From positions 1,860,001 through 1,924,000 of the forward strand of contig OX337239.1 in NCBI GenBank assembly GCA_946965045.2: a stretch of DNA of 64,000 nucleotides, in the 5' to 3' direction. Source of the stretch: Epithemia pelagica (Eukaryota > Protista > Bacillariophyta). The position numbers were made by a program, and so were the translations under genes. The notes below the pieces were generated by a model, which saw only the letters and a list, made by a program, of their open reading frames with translations, had not been told where the DNA came from and made no database searches. This document shows, in pieces, positions 23,127 through 34,683 of the stretch. The number at the start of each line of letters is the position of its first letter. Position 1 is the stretch's first letter.

Positions 23127-26100
23127 TTAACTGGGAATAGTTGCCGTGGCAACATGCGTCTGCTCCTTCCGAGTCTGCAAACGAACGAAGTCAAATTTGA
23201 GTCGGTTCTGGGTAGAACAAGCACTTTTCTGAGTGTTTTGGTGGTCCGCAGAAGCTCCATCCATGGATTTGGTTTTGATCTTCTCCATCCGCCACACGAC
23301 CGCACTGGTTGTTCCTGTCAAAGCTGAATCTTGATGCGAAGCATAGAACTTTGCAGACACGTCGTAATTTCCGGGTAAGGTCTCGCTGTTTTGTTTCACC
23401 AGGTACACTTCGGGACCATATCCCTCGGTAAAGTCTCGACTCAAGCAACTTTCTGTTCCTTTGTTGTTATCATAGTAAACGACTTTTCCCGATGGTTCTT
23501 TGACGTGCAAATCTACATCAGTCCTGTCGGTGTCCCAGCCAAGCCAGACCATCAACGCCGGGTCAAACTTGGGACAATACAATGGCAATTTACATGTGAT
23601 TGGGTCCGGTTTGTCGTCCATTCCACGAAATAAATCCAAGGCATCTGAGGGCCATTCGGATACTTGTGTGATGCGATCCGTAGAACCTTGTCGCAAAGCT
23701 TCGAGCAACTCCTTGCAGTAATGAAGAAGAATTAACACAGGCCATTCGACTTCCGAGAATCTCTCCGCCCAGTGGTGTTTCAATACATGTACCAGGTCCG
23801 CCTGAGCCGTCGCAAGTTCACGGTGTGCAGAGTCTACGTCGGAAGACCAACTCGTTCCCTCTGTGGTCATGTTGTCAGATTGAAAGCATGCATTCCACCA
23901 CTTGTGGAATCGCGACAGACTTGAATCAATGAAACTTTGGGGTTCGGTTGGTCGAAGCACTTTCACCTTGTCAAACACAGCAATCGCCAGTCCCAATGCC
24001 TGAGGGGTGGAAATTGAAAGAAGGACATACCCAACGCTTCGCAGCATTTGAGCATCATCAATGCCACTCTCAAGACAATTGGTGGCAATCCGGATTGCAT
24101 CTTGCAGTCGCCCGACTTTGGCTAAAACGCGAGCAGTGTTCAAGTACAAGGAAGGTGAAGCAGAATCATAACCTCCGTATGATTCAAGCTCATTTCGGTA
24201 CACGAGTTTCCATCCATCATCTGAGTCATTGTCCATGCGTTCATCAGAGCCATTCTTCCCACTAGCGACTGGTTGAATGCGACTCTCAAGAGATTGCAAG
24301 TAGTCCTCTGCTGCTCTTGGTTCACACTTCTTTTTGGTACTGTCATCAGTTGCAACCGAGACGTCTCCTCCAGCGCTATTCTTCTTTGAATCATTTTCCG
24401 TCGTGGACGGGAAGCCAGGAGTGCTCGACTCTTCCAATGGGTCTCCTCGCCCACCACCACCACGTCCGCCTAGACCACTTCCTCTGCTCCGTTCGCCTCG
24501 CCCACCACCACCACGTCCGCCCAGACCACTTCCTCTGCTCCGTCCGCCTCCTCTTAGGGCACGACCAAAGCCACCTACACGGACTTCCGGGCCACTGCGA
24601 AGCTCGCCGATTTGATGGACCTCCTCCTCAACCTCCGACCTCCCACTATGCATCGAGCTGTCAAAACTCTCCGCGTCCTCCTCATCAAATGAGCGACGCC
24701 TTCCTCGATTACAACGCGCCTGCACGCGCCTTCCTGGATAACAACGCTCCTGCACGTTCGAAGCCGAGCGATGCCTTCGTGGATCGTCCGACATGGATGA
24801 ATCCGACATTGCACGTTCTAAAACTTTCCGTGACATGGGCGGCGCCGAGAAAAAGTCGTTGAGTCTTTTGGCCAATCTCACAACACCCTTTCGTTGTCCT
24901 TCATTTTTGAGACCGCCAAGCTCACCCATCGGAATGGAATCTCCGTCATGTTTCTGGGGATTCTTCTTTTCACTGAGAGCCACCTTCTTTTGGAAATGAT
25001 CTCGAAGCTCTGGTTCCAAAGGATGTCCCACAGGAGGTGCAATGTCGTGTTCCAGAAATTGCTCGCGTTCATAGAGCATGAGCAAGGTGCTTTCCGGGCT
25101 ACAGAAACCATAGGTTGTGGCAATCTCTTGCAAGAGTGATGTTAAACTCATGCCCGACTTGATGGCATCCTGTTGGGTTTGTCGATACACATGCTCCGCA
25201 TACAAATGCCCCAGAATCCGAGCCAAATCATTGTTTCCAGCCAAACCCGACTGGTGTTCAGTAGAACTATCATCCAGAAAGAGTGTCGGGCAACGACGTG
25301 TGGTGGTGCAAGCATCGGCTACTTCACAACTGTCCGTCGCGGTTGTTTCCCACTTGCGAGACGAATCAAAATTGAAGCACAGCTTGTAGACCGCTCCATT
25401 TACTACAATCTCTGCAACAAGTTCCGTCACTGGATCGGGTCGTTCGTCTTTCGTTTTGCTGTCCTTGTCGGCCAGAATTCCCGAAATTAGCAAACCATCC
25501 GTTGGATGAATGGGTTGATTCAGAACGGCAAGCCGATGATCTGGTACACAGCAAAAACCATCATCAATCTCTTGCAAAAAGGCTTGGTCACTTTGGTTGG
25601 TCTGGATGCGACGAAGGATCGCGCGAGGGTACAGGATCCCTGGAAGATAGGAGGTGTCCTTCTTGGTAAAAACAGCACCGGGTCGGCTGGGACACATAGC
25701 TGCCAAACTAGAAAGGGTGGGGCCATGAATCTTTGTGGTATCGGCAATACAATGGACTGGAAATGGGACAGTCGGAAGCACATTGGCAATGGACGATGCG
25801 GCGGAAGCCGTTGAGTCAACACCATCCGTGACAATCAAGGCACAATCCACAACATTGGTTTTCCGTTCAGCCAATTCACACACTGTGGGAAGTAGGACGG
25901 GAATATTCGTCCCACCCTCATAGTCAACCGCAGACATTGCATGGAGCAAGTCGTCCGCTGTAGAAAAGACCCCCTGTGGACGACATTTCACCATGTCAAA
26001 GGTGTAAAACTCCACGACAACTGTTTCATCGTTCTTGAGATTGCACTTGGCCTCGGAGAAGAGTTGACGCAATCGACTTTCTCGGTTTGTAACCTGATCC

Positions 26101-26888
26101 TTCGCGGAGATCATGGAAACAGAGGTATCCTGAAAGAGAGCCATTCGACGAATCGTACATGGCTTGCGAGGTTCTAGATCATCCACAATCTCTTCCAGAG
26201 GTGGGATATGACAAACAAAGTGCGTCTTGTTACCAAAGCACGTCCCCACAACGGCACCGGCTGAGTTCGGGCCATCAAAATCACCGTTGTTCATTATCTT
26301 GGCGTCGTTATCTTCACTACTGGAGGAGGATATTGTCACACGTTCGACCGTCATGGGCGTCTTGGAGGTTGAGCTCTGCGTACAAGTCTCGAGGAGGGCA
26401 ACCAATTCTTCCACATCCGAGTGTTGCAGCAGCAGTTCCACTCGACATTGCACAGGTGTTTGATAGGGCAGGGGTGATAGTTCCATTTCAAAGACATTGG
26501 AGGCAGCCAACGATTGAGCCACCGAGGCAACCTTTCGACCCTTTTCCTTTTCCTTGTACACAACTGTGGCGGCTTGCTTTTGGGGTACGGCCGTGGCTGG
26601 ATACCAAATACCATCATCGCTTCCATCTGTACTGTCTCGCTGTATTTCAAACCGCTTTACCGAAGCAGAAGTTGGAAGCGTCCAATGCAACTTGGCAGCG
26701 ACCGTGTTCTTGTTGACCGTTTCATTGACAAGCTCCAATTGTACCGATACCAAAACTTGTTGGTTGAGAAACGGCAAGGGTCGATCCGGTGCACGAACCA
26801 CCGCCTTTCGAACGGTAATGGGCAAACTGGTTTTCTCACCGTAGACTTGAACGGAAAGACCTGCTTCTGCTGTACCTGAAGTCGTCAT
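23127..26888 (-). CDS. VIT / vWA / TPR-like / DUF2135 multidomain protein
   Basis: Intronless ORF (likely ATG 26888; frame open to 27071); VIT-like N-terminus, vWA-like ALFQDTSVSM, GGTNI, LIVTDG; C-terminal WLGWDTDRTDVDLHVKEPSG...SRDFTEGYGPEVY typical of DUF2135. Confidence 0.7.
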   Translation of the reverse strand: MTTSGTAEAGLSVQVYGEKTSLPITVRKAVVRAPDRPLPFLNQQVLVSVQLELVNETVNKNTVAAKLHWTLPTSASVKRFEIQRDSTDGSDDGIWYPATAVPQKQAATVVYKEKEKGRKVASVAQSLAASNVFEMELSPLPYQTPVQCRVELLLQHSDVEELVALLETCTQSSTSKTPMTVERVTISSSSSEDNDAKIMNNGDFDGPNSAGAVVGTCFGNKTHFVCHIPPLEEIVDDLEPRKPCTIRRMALFQDTSVSMISAKDQVTNRESRLRQLFSEAKCNLKNDETVVVEFYTFDMVKCRPQGVFSTADDLLHAMSAVDYEGGTNIPVLLPTVCELAERKTNVVDCALIVTDGVDSTASAASSIANVLPTVPFPVHCIADTTKIHGPTLSSLAAMCPSRPGAVFTKKDTSYLPGILYPRAILRRIQTNQSDQAFLQEIDDGFCCVPDHRLAVLNQPIHPTDGLLISGILADKDSKTKDERPDPVTELVAEIVVNGAVYKLCFNFDSSRKWETTATDSCEVADACTTTRRCPTLFLDDSSTEHQSGLAGNNDLARILGHLYAEHVYRQTQQDAIKSGMSLTSLLQEIATTYGFCSPESTLLMLYEREQFLEHDIAPPVGHPLEPELRDHFQKKVALSEKKNPQKHDGDSIPMGELGGLKNEGQRKGVVRLAKRLNDFFSAPPMSRKVLERAMSDSSMSDDPRRHRSASNVQERCYPGRRVQARCNRGRRRSFDEEDAESFDSSMHSGRSEVEEEVHQIGELRSGPEVRVGGFGRALRGGGRSRGSGLGGRGGGGRGERSRGSGLGGRGGGGRGDPLEESSTPGFPSTTENDSKKNSAGGDVSVATDDSTKKKCEPRAAEDYLQSLESRIQPVASGKNGSDERMDNDSDDGWKLVYRNELESYGGYDSASPSLYLNTARVLAKVGRLQDAIRIATNCLESGIDDAQMLRSVGYVLLSISTPQALGLAIAVFDKVKVLRPTEPQSFIDSSLSRFHKWWNACFQSDNMTTEGTSWSSDVDSAHRELATAQADLVHVLKHHWAERFSEVEWPVLILLHYCKELLEALRQGSTDRITQVSEWPSDALDLFRGMDDKPDPITCKLPLYCPKFDPALMVWLGWDTDRTDVDLHVKEPSGKVVYYDNNKGTESCLSRDFTEGYGPEVYLVKQNSETLPGNYDVSAKFYASHQDSALTGTTSAVVWRMEKIKTKSMDGASADHQNTQKSACSTQNRLKFDFVRLQTRKEQTHVATATIPS
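24445..24545 (-). repeat. In-frame tandem repeat encoding RG-rich segment (RSRGSGLGGRGGGGRG x2)
   Basis: Two near-identical ~48-bp copies read directly; boundaries approximate. Confidence 0.75.
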
Positions 26889-27474
26889 GATTTCGCAAGC
26901 TCTTGTTTTTTTGTGTTTCCCCCTGTTTCGGTTTCCGTTTTTTTTTGTCGTATGAAGTCTGAACCACACAGGCTCGTAATGATGGAAATGGACTGAAGCC
27001 TGCACGTCTTGATCACGTCTCACCTGATTCGTGTTTCCGGGTTCACAGGAACGCGAATCATCATCCATCATGAATCATCATGGGCGCACCAATTTCGTGG
27101 TATTTAGGTAGATTCCAAGGCAATGACATCGTTCCAGCATCTGTTTTCGTCTATCTTCATAGAAAGCGAATCACCCATGATACCCACAACCGCACAATCC
27201 ATGACGCTGTCGATGGATACAACAACGCAACCTCAAACATATCATGGGGTGGTTGTCTTCATCAATCATCCGAAAGGGAGTCCAAAGTCCGACATCGTTT
27301 TTTTGCACGGCTCACGATTACAGCGACCAAACCGCGACGAACTTGTTTGTGCGGGCATGCACCCATAGCAGCAAGCAGCACATTGCTATCGTCCGATGCC
27401 GGCCATGACGACCATTCCGGTCCTCTCGGTCGTTGTAAGCAACGTGGTTGTACATCCACGACGCTTCTGCCCCA

Positions 27475-29646
27475 ATGTGTGGCATTCGATGTCTCCTCCT
27501 TCCCTTTGCGACTGCGCTTAGAGGAGATCAACGTTGTGACAAGAATGAGAAAGGATCACGGGACGATGTACCAAGAACAACAATACCAGAGTGGTTACAT
27601 CGGCGAGGCCCCGATGAACAAACCTCCCTTGTCATACCCATTCTTGATCGTCCTTTACAAGAACAACCAGGCAACCAGACAAAAAGCCATCGAGTTGACG
27701 AAACATCGGAAACCCTCTTGGAGAAACCCTCTTGCTGCATCTTGCAGGCTTCTGTCTTGTGTTTACGACCGCTCCACGTCTCTCAACCCGTCCCCATCCA
27801 TCTCCATCAGACGGATCCAAACAATGTCAGTGTCTTAGATTCGGATGGTCGTTGGACAGCTCACTTGTGCTGGAATGGTGAGGTGTATCAAGTGTTGGAT
27901 TCCAAAGCAACAGCAGCAGCAACTGCACGAGGAGACGAACCAAAGGATCCATTGGCACTTAAAGGGCAACCACAATTCCAAGACGGTCCAGAACTTGGGA
28001 CAGAAGCCATGCCTTCCGATACTCAGTGGATGGCAAACCAGATGCAACGCATTCTCTCCGAGACGCAGGACAATAAAGACAGCAACACCATCGATTCGAA
28101 ATCATCACCTCAGAAAGCAGCGACTTGTAATAATACGGATGGAGACCATCCTGATAACACGGCCATTCAACAACGATTGCATGCCATGGGAGAATTGTTG
28201 AGCCGAATCAATGGCGAGTTTGCCTTTTGCTTGGTGGTAGCTGCCAATGCTAATGCCAACAACCCGAAGGCAACGAAAGGAAGCGGCATTTATTTTGGTC
28301 GGGATGCTCATGGACGGCGGTCCTTGTTGATGAAAACAAGAAACCAAACACAAACTCAAAACAGTCCTCTCATCCTCACAGGGGAAAACGACGCTGACCA
28401 GATCCACCCAGATTCGTGTGTTTCGGGTTCGAACATGGGTTGGGGTGATGCGGGATCATTACAGGGAGGATTTCGTTCTTCCGACTCTGTTATATGGGAA
28501 GTGGCCTCTGTCTCATCCCTCGAGAAGAAGAATGACCACCAGGACATGGTGGTCGACCAGGACTTTACCTGGACCGACGTTCCTCCTCGAACCATTGGAT
28601 ATTACGATTGGACGACGCAACGGACCATGTTTTATACCTGGTGTCCCATATCTCCTCCACCATTGCCCATCACATGTTCCACGGACGATCGCCGCGAATT
28701 TCGTCAGTCCTTGCTTCACCTTCTTCGACAAGCAGTCCAACGCCGTTTGTGTGTCACCCACAACACTTTTCACTCGCACTGTGCCGTCTTATTTTCGGGT
28801 GGATTGGATTCCACCGTGTTGGCCTATCTGGCAATGCAGGTAATGGGACCCGAGGCAGTGCAACTGGTTAATGTGTCCTTTGTCAACGACCAAACCGACG
28901 ATGAGAACAACAACGACAACAAGGCCACGGCAGCCGCAGACACCAAAGCGGCGTTTGATTCATTACATGATTTACAGCAAGTCTTTGCCAGCCAAACAAT
29001 TGACTTTGTCCACCGTACTTTATCATGGAGTGAAATTCAGGCCATTCAGAGCAGTTCCATTCCTCGGTTATTGTATCCGAAACAGGAAGAATCCAATCAC
29101 GACAACAGTATCGACACTTCACAATCCACCGGCGCTTCCGCCATGGATGTCAATGTCGCAACAGCTTTGTGGTTTGCGGCAGATACGGCCGCTCGGAGCA
29201 AGAATCGCATCCTACTGACTGGTTTGGGGGCCGATGAGTACATGGCCGGGTACACTCGCCACCGTCGAGCGTACCAACGAGGTGGTGAAGTATCCTTGCG
29301 ACAGGAATTGGAATTGGATCAAAGTCGTTTATGGTACCGAAATTGCGGACGAGACGATCGAGTCTTGGCCGACACTAGTCAAGAAGTACGGTATCCCTTC
29401 TTGGATGTCCACGTGACACATTTTTTGGCTCACACTTGTCCCTTGCCTGTACTGTGCGACCTAAACTTGCCTCCGGGACAGGGCGACAAACGATTGTTGC
29501 GTGAATTGGCCGAGGAATTGGGACTCAACTCCGCCAGTAAAGCCGTGAAACGTGCCATTCAGTTTGGAAGTCGCATCTCTCATGTGGTGGACAAACAACG
29601 ATTTGGATCAAGACGCAAGGCCACTCGAAGCAAACGAGCAAATTGA
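27475..29646 (+). CDS. ASNSD1: Asparagine synthetase domain-containing protein 1
   Basis: Starts MCGI (Ntn Cys), RRGPD, LCWNGEVY, FGRDAHGRRSLL, VLFSGGLDS, LTGLGADE, RNCGRDDR, RYPFLD, KRAIQFGSR. Confidence 0.88.
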   Translation: MCGIRCLLLPFATALRGDQRCDKNEKGSRDDVPRTTIPEWLHRRGPDEQTSLVIPILDRPLQEQPGNQTKSHRVDETSETLLEKPSCCILQASVLCLRPLHVSQPVPIHLHQTDPNNVSVLDSDGRWTAHLCWNGEVYQVLDSKATAAATARGDEPKDPLALKGQPQFQDGPELGTEAMPSDTQWMANQMQRILSETQDNKDSNTIDSKSSPQKAATCNNTDGDHPDNTAIQQRLHAMGELLSRINGEFAFCLVVAANANANNPKATKGSGIYFGRDAHGRRSLLMKTRNQTQTQNSPLILTGENDADQIHPDSCVSGSNMGWGDAGSLQGGFRSSDSVIWEVASVSSLEKKNDHQDMVVDQDFTWTDVPPRTIGYYDWTTQRTMFYTWCPISPPPLPITCSTDDRREFRQSLLHLLRQAVQRRLCVTHNTFHSHCAVLFSGGLDSTVLAYLAMQVMGPEAVQLVNVSFVNDQTDDENNNDNKATAAADTKAAFDSLHDLQQVFASQTIDFVHRTLSWSEIQAIQSSSIPRLLYPKQEESNHDNSIDTSQSTGASAMDVNVATALWFAADTAARSKNRILLTGLGADEYMAGYTRHRRAYQRGGEVSLRQELELDQSRLWYRNCGRDDRVLADTSQEVRYPFLDVHVTHFLAHTCPLPVLCDLNLPPGQGDKRLLRELAEELGLNSASKAVKRAIQFGSRISHVVDKQRFGSRRKATRSKRAN

Positions 29647-31705
29647 CAAACCATCGTGAGATTCTATTTGTCACGGGTTGCAGCCACAACACTTTGATTC
29701 CACTGTTTTGAATGAGAACCGGAGGAATGGCCCAGAATGTACGGGCTAGGCAATTGTGGTCTTTCCATATACTCATGAGCTGTGCCAGCATCCCAGAAAA
29801 GGAAAAAAAACCTTCAACACGGAACAGCAAAACGCCTTTGTATTTTGTCATGTGCTTGTCCGCAGAAGAGTTTGTCTGTTTTTGCACTCCAACGTGGCTT
29901 CTGTTGCGAGGTTTTATATTACGCGCCTTAGAGATCATGGAAAAGCAACCACTAGCCAAATGTTCATCCTCACCACTTCATTTGCTTTGAGCATGAGAGT
30001 CAGTATAAATGATAATGAAAGGAAGAAATCGCTTGTTGACTGGGCAGAAATGAAAATAGTCTAAAGACGATAACATGTGTTCAACTAAATTCGCCGTAGG
30101 GGCTTTTAGCTACCATAACTAAAACAGATAATGACTTTACAGACAGTCCATTCAAGATGAGGTGTTGCATATGCACTGGTTTTCGCCTCAATTTTTCTCT
30201 CAAAAGATACGCATATGTACAAGGAGCGCACTCGACAATTTTGCATCAAGCAGGAAGTATCCGATACTTCTTAGTAGGACTTTTCAGCCAAGCGCCGCGA
30301 GGGAACAGTCGAGCCTGCCGAGGACATGGCCCGGTAAACTCTTTTTCGATGATAGGAACTGTATCTCTTGATGCCCTTGAGCCCCGTCACCGGATCTTCT
30401 TGCTCTCCAGTCCGTTCCATATCTTGAGGCCGCGGCGTCGTGGCCAAAAACAACAGCAAGCTGGTGCCGACAAGGGCACTGATTTGGGTGGCAAGTTCCA
30501 AAGAGGACATGGTGATGATGCTTAACCGTGACGAGAAGACTTGTACGCACTTGGGTGTCACCAAGAGTTCGTCCCCTTTGTTTGGCTTCTTGACAACGTC
30601 GGCAGCACCAAAAAAATAGTGAGAATTGCGAGCAACACGGTGAGCGTGAGAACCGTGAATGTGAGCACAGCAGAACTCTTGCTAGGAGTACAACGAAAGA
30701 TCCCCGAAAGTGGAAGCAAAGTGTGGTGACAGCACCAAGTCGGACGCTGTCGGACGTTTGACAAAGGCCAATCATCCAATCAAAAGACTGTTGATTGGAG
30801 CGATCAGCGATCAACGCTCCTCGTGGCGTGTGCACACGATTACTCTCTGTCTTGTCCCGCCAGCAATAATGGTGAGGTTCTGACGGTTTTGATGAGTGAG
30901 TGGATCTTGGGTTTAGATGTCTTTCCCCCAAACCGGGGTCTACTCTAAACATGTATACAAAGGCATCGAATGAGAAAACGCCCAAGGAGAAAGCTTGGGG
31001 GATTTGGGATTTGTCATTTGTCGTGTTTTTCTTGCTATCCGCCCAATTGAGGCTACCTAACAATCCAGGTTGAGGCAGCGGAGTGGAGTGTTTAGGAAGT
31101 TGACTCAATCACCGAATACATTTGACCTTTGGTAAAGAGTAAAGATGAACTTTCAGGAGCGCATGGTTCTCGCGAATGCGTGGGTGCCTCGAAAAACCTG
31201 GCTGAAATTAATCTGACCAGTAAACCTGGGCAGCTGTTGTCGCCTGTCTTTGTTTCTAAAGCTTGCGATAGAAATTGAAACCAGTTAGAGCAACGACGGG
31301 CGTTGCATAAAACACTGCCACATATGCAGTTTTGACTGCTTTGTGTCGGGTCTTCTTCTTGCCATTGCATATTGCATCTTGGATCTTGGTCTTGCTTCTT
31401 GATATCCTACACTCTCAGGAACGGCTCCTACTCCTACCAGACCAATGACGGTATTATCCTCCGACCTTGAATTTTGCTATTATCCATGGTAACGTGGACA
31501 GAAAGGACGCAAATCTCGAGAACTTTGGCTTAATAGAGGACGGGGTGATACCCAAAGCCCGAGTGCGCCTATTCCTATCACGGTTTTGATTCTCGGGTTA
31601 TCGCGCCCGGGTTAGGAGTCGGGAGTCGGACCTCCTCAGCGGTGGCCGGCTGGCGCTAAGCGACCTGGCACACAAACTGTAACATATTTTGTAGATTGCA
31701 AGACC

Positions 31706-32731
31706 ATGAGGACAATGACAGCACCAAAGCGGCGTGGTAGGAAGGATTTTGCTGCTAGCATCAGTCTTCGGTGCCCAGTGACAGTCCTTGTGCTATGCAT
31801 TGTCTATTGCGCTTCAACCATCTTTTGGATCGATGCATCGTCCTCTATCCATGGTCGGCAAAGCCTTGAGAAGGAAGCGAGTCTTTTTTTGGAAACTAAC
31901 CAGTATGCACTGGCAAAGGAACAAAGCTTTGGATTCTTCACCGACATTCCCATAGAAACATGGAACATGATGAAACAGCGTGTACACGAGGCCCAACCCA
32001 ACATGGCATGTGGTCCAAATTGCAGTGGGGCGTTAGATCCAATGTCGTGGTACCAAGAAAACTATGAACCCGAGTTCTCCTGTCTGCATGAACGACGGAT
32101 TGGTAAAATGGGAGACGGCGGCAAGTGGGTTTGCGATCCGCACCGATTGGTCAACAAATCGTGTCTGATTTATAGCGTGGGGTCTCGAGGAGATTTTTCC
32201 TTTGAGACTCATGCCCTTGGTCGACTTGGGTCACACTGTGAGATCCACACGTTTGATATCAACAACCACACCCGCCAAGCAGACAAGGTGAACAGCTCCC
32301 GTTTACACTTTCATCACTGGGGCATTGGAAAGACCAACGAGGCCAAGTTTAAAACTCTGAACGAGACGGTTCACGAGCTCGGCCATGCCAACCGAACCAT
32401 TGACATTTTCAAGATCGATTGTGATGGATGTGAATTTGAGACCTTTGAAACGTGGATCACGGACCAACCTGCCATGCTGCACCAAATTCTCGTGGAGGTG
32501 CACGCCAAAAAGCCAACTCCGACGCGATATGGACAAAAAGTGTCTTACAAGGTCCACATGGACAAGCATTTGACAAGAGAGGATGTGGAAGTAACCACTA
32601 GCTTCTTCAAACGAATGCACGAGTATGGCTATGCAATCTTCCACAAGGAACCCAACATTCAATACTGGTGTGACTGGCCTGCGGTGGAGTATGCCTTCAT
32701 CAAACTGCATCATGATTTCTTTTCAAAGTGA
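31706..32731 (+). CDS. Methyltransf_22 / METTL24-like SAM-dependent methyltransferase with N-terminal membrane anchor
   Basis: RRIGKMGDGGKWVCDP, LIYSVGSRGDFSFE, CEIHTFD, IDIFKIDCDGCEF, QILVEVH, IFHKEPN. Confidence 0.8.
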   Translation: MRTMTAPKRRGRKDFAASISLRCPVTVLVLCIVYCASTIFWIDASSSIHGRQSLEKEASLFLETNQYALAKEQSFGFFTDIPIETWNMMKQRVHEAQPNMACGPNCSGALDPMSWYQENYEPEFSCLHERRIGKMGDGGKWVCDPHRLVNKSCLIYSVGSRGDFSFETHALGRLGSHCEIHTFDINNHTRQADKVNSSRLHFHHWGIGKTNEAKFKTLNETVHELGHANRTIDIFKIDCDGCEFETFETWITDQPAMLHQILVEVHAKKPTPTRYGQKVSYKVHMDKHLTREDVEVTTSFFKRMHEYGYAIFHKEPNIQYWCDWPAVEYAFIKLHHDFFSK

Positions 32732-34320
32732 AAAGCTTCCTGCATATGTGCGACCGGATCTTTATCATCTGGATCTGACGAGGCAAGAGCGATGAAACGA
32801 CGTGCACGGACCAGCTCAAATTGGAGCTTCCTAGACCCGAAGCCAGTATTTCGCTTACGCACAAAACAAACCTCCGAAGAAAAGGAGCATCGAAACATTG
32901 TCCTGTTCTTATCATTGCTAAGCGTAATGTTAGGAGTCAGGAATCATGTAAAGATGGCCGTCGGATAATTTTCTTTGTGCAGTGTTCTCAAGACGAGGTA
33001 ATAGCTGGTCATTTCAGGACCATGAGCAATCGTCGTTTTTGTACGTCTCGGAAGCAACCATCTTGCTTCCCCTCAGTCTGATTCATCCAAGATTGATGAA
33101 ATTTTATTGGCCTTCAGGTCTTCGTGAATCTCTGCTTGAAAATGAAGATCTTGATAAGGAGTCATCGTCTATGGCGGACACAGCCAAGGCGGCCTCAAGG
33201 ATTGACAGAAGGTCATCGTGCTGGTGTGGGGTGGAGAGCGCACTTGGAGGAAAGAGGAGAGAGTCTCGAGAAAGCTGTGCCAGATTCATTTGCTGTGCTT
33301 GTGGTGACAGGACTCTTGGCAAACTTCTGCATGTGCTTGGAGAGGTGAGCGATGGGGAAGGCATTTTCAATCAGTCGAAAGACGTTTGGATCTCTTGAGT
33401 TATTCGAATGGTCTTGAGTCGAGAAGTCTCCTTTTACTGTTTGGGATTCTTGAAATTGTGTGCTGGATGCGCGGTCGGTGGTCGGTGGGTGTTTCTTTCT
33501 TGTAAAATGTATATCGGAGAAAATCCAAAATGCCCAGATCCCGAGAGACTTTTCCGAGGTCTGAGTTCTCATTCTGCACAATTAGCTACGTCGACGCTCG
33601 TGCTTGCTTATGGACCTTGCCCGTCAGTAATCCGTCATTTGAAGCCAGCGTCTCTTTTTCTTACGCACTTCGTGCGTTTATTTATTTGAAAAGTTGCAGC
33701 TCGTCAGATTTTCTTGTCGTCATGATTCATCATCGAAATGATGCGACATGCGACACGCCAATCATTGAATGACAAAAGCGCAGCTTGAAAATTCCGGAAG
33801 TTTTGTAACGCCGAGGCCGAATTCCATCGGAGTGAGCTCGTCAACGGGGATCGGGAGTCATCAGTCATCCCTTGGACGAAGAGGACACGCAAGCCCAAGT
33901 CGCTGCTGTTGTTGCAGTCATTGGTCATTTAGTCTGAGTGGTCGTGGTTGCTCATTTTTCTGAGTGGGTCCGTCTGTCCTTCTACTTGTTGGTTCGTGGT
34001 GGCCCAAACTTCCTCGTCTTACTCGAGATTTTACAAGTTGATACTACTTCTTGTATGTTTAACGATACCGCAAGAACAACAAAAGGCTCTGGCTTCTTAG
34101 ACACTCTACAGGGTCATTGGAATCCCAAGGAAAACTGGAACACCACCGAAATCAAAGGCACTGATCTACTCGTAAGTCATGCTCTACGAGTAGTGGGTCT
34201 TTACTGAAATGTTTTTATCATATAAACATAACATAAAACATAAACACAACGCAAATTTTTGTAGAGCTCATAACCCGCTCATAACCTATTGGTTATGTTT
34301 GAGTTTATGATTCGTCGCTT

Positions 34321-34352
34321 GGTTATGAGGCATGAATTCATGCCTCATAACC
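34321..34352. repeat. Perfect 32-bp palindrome inside the MITE
   Basis: ggttatgaggcatgaattcatgcctcataacc is its own reverse complement. Confidence 0.95.
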
Positions 34353-34529
34353 GTTGTGTTCAAACATAACACAAAACACATCCGAAAAATTATCAGCGCA
34401 TGCCCAACACCGGGCATGCGCATGAAAATGGACACGAGTTCCCCACCAGATTCATGGGACTCACTTTGCCGAGATGATACACTGGTACTGGTAGACGCTG
34501 GGTATGTCATTTCCGCTCAATGCTTGATG

Positions 34530-34683
34530 AGGAAGAAGGAAGGAAGAAGGAAGAAGGAAGAAGGAAGAAGGAAGAAGGAAGAAGGAAGAAGGAAGAAGGA
34601 AGAAGGAAGAAGGAAGAAGGAAGAAGGAAGAAGGAAGAAGGAAGAAGGAAGAAGGAAGAAGGAAGAAGGAAGAAGGAAGAAGA
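34530..34683. repeat. (AAGGAAG)n polypurine tandem repeat, about 21 copies
   Basis: Read directly; generates the spurious KKEEGRR/FFLLPSS ORFs. Confidence 0.95.

Noticed and set aside
27080-27838. Upstream overlapping ORF at ASNSD1 as a possible ASDURF-like uORF
   Set aside because: Animal ASDURF is a short coiled-coil prefoldin-like protein; these ORFs show no such character and overlap out of frame in a short divergent promoter.
30271-30779. Two minus-strand ORF pieces with hydrophobic stretches
   Set aside because: May be a decayed membrane-protein gene but I cannot assign a family or a splice structure.
32710-34100. Protein-like minus-strand fragments interrupted by stops
   Set aside because: Possibly a pseudogene, but no family recognisable without a search.
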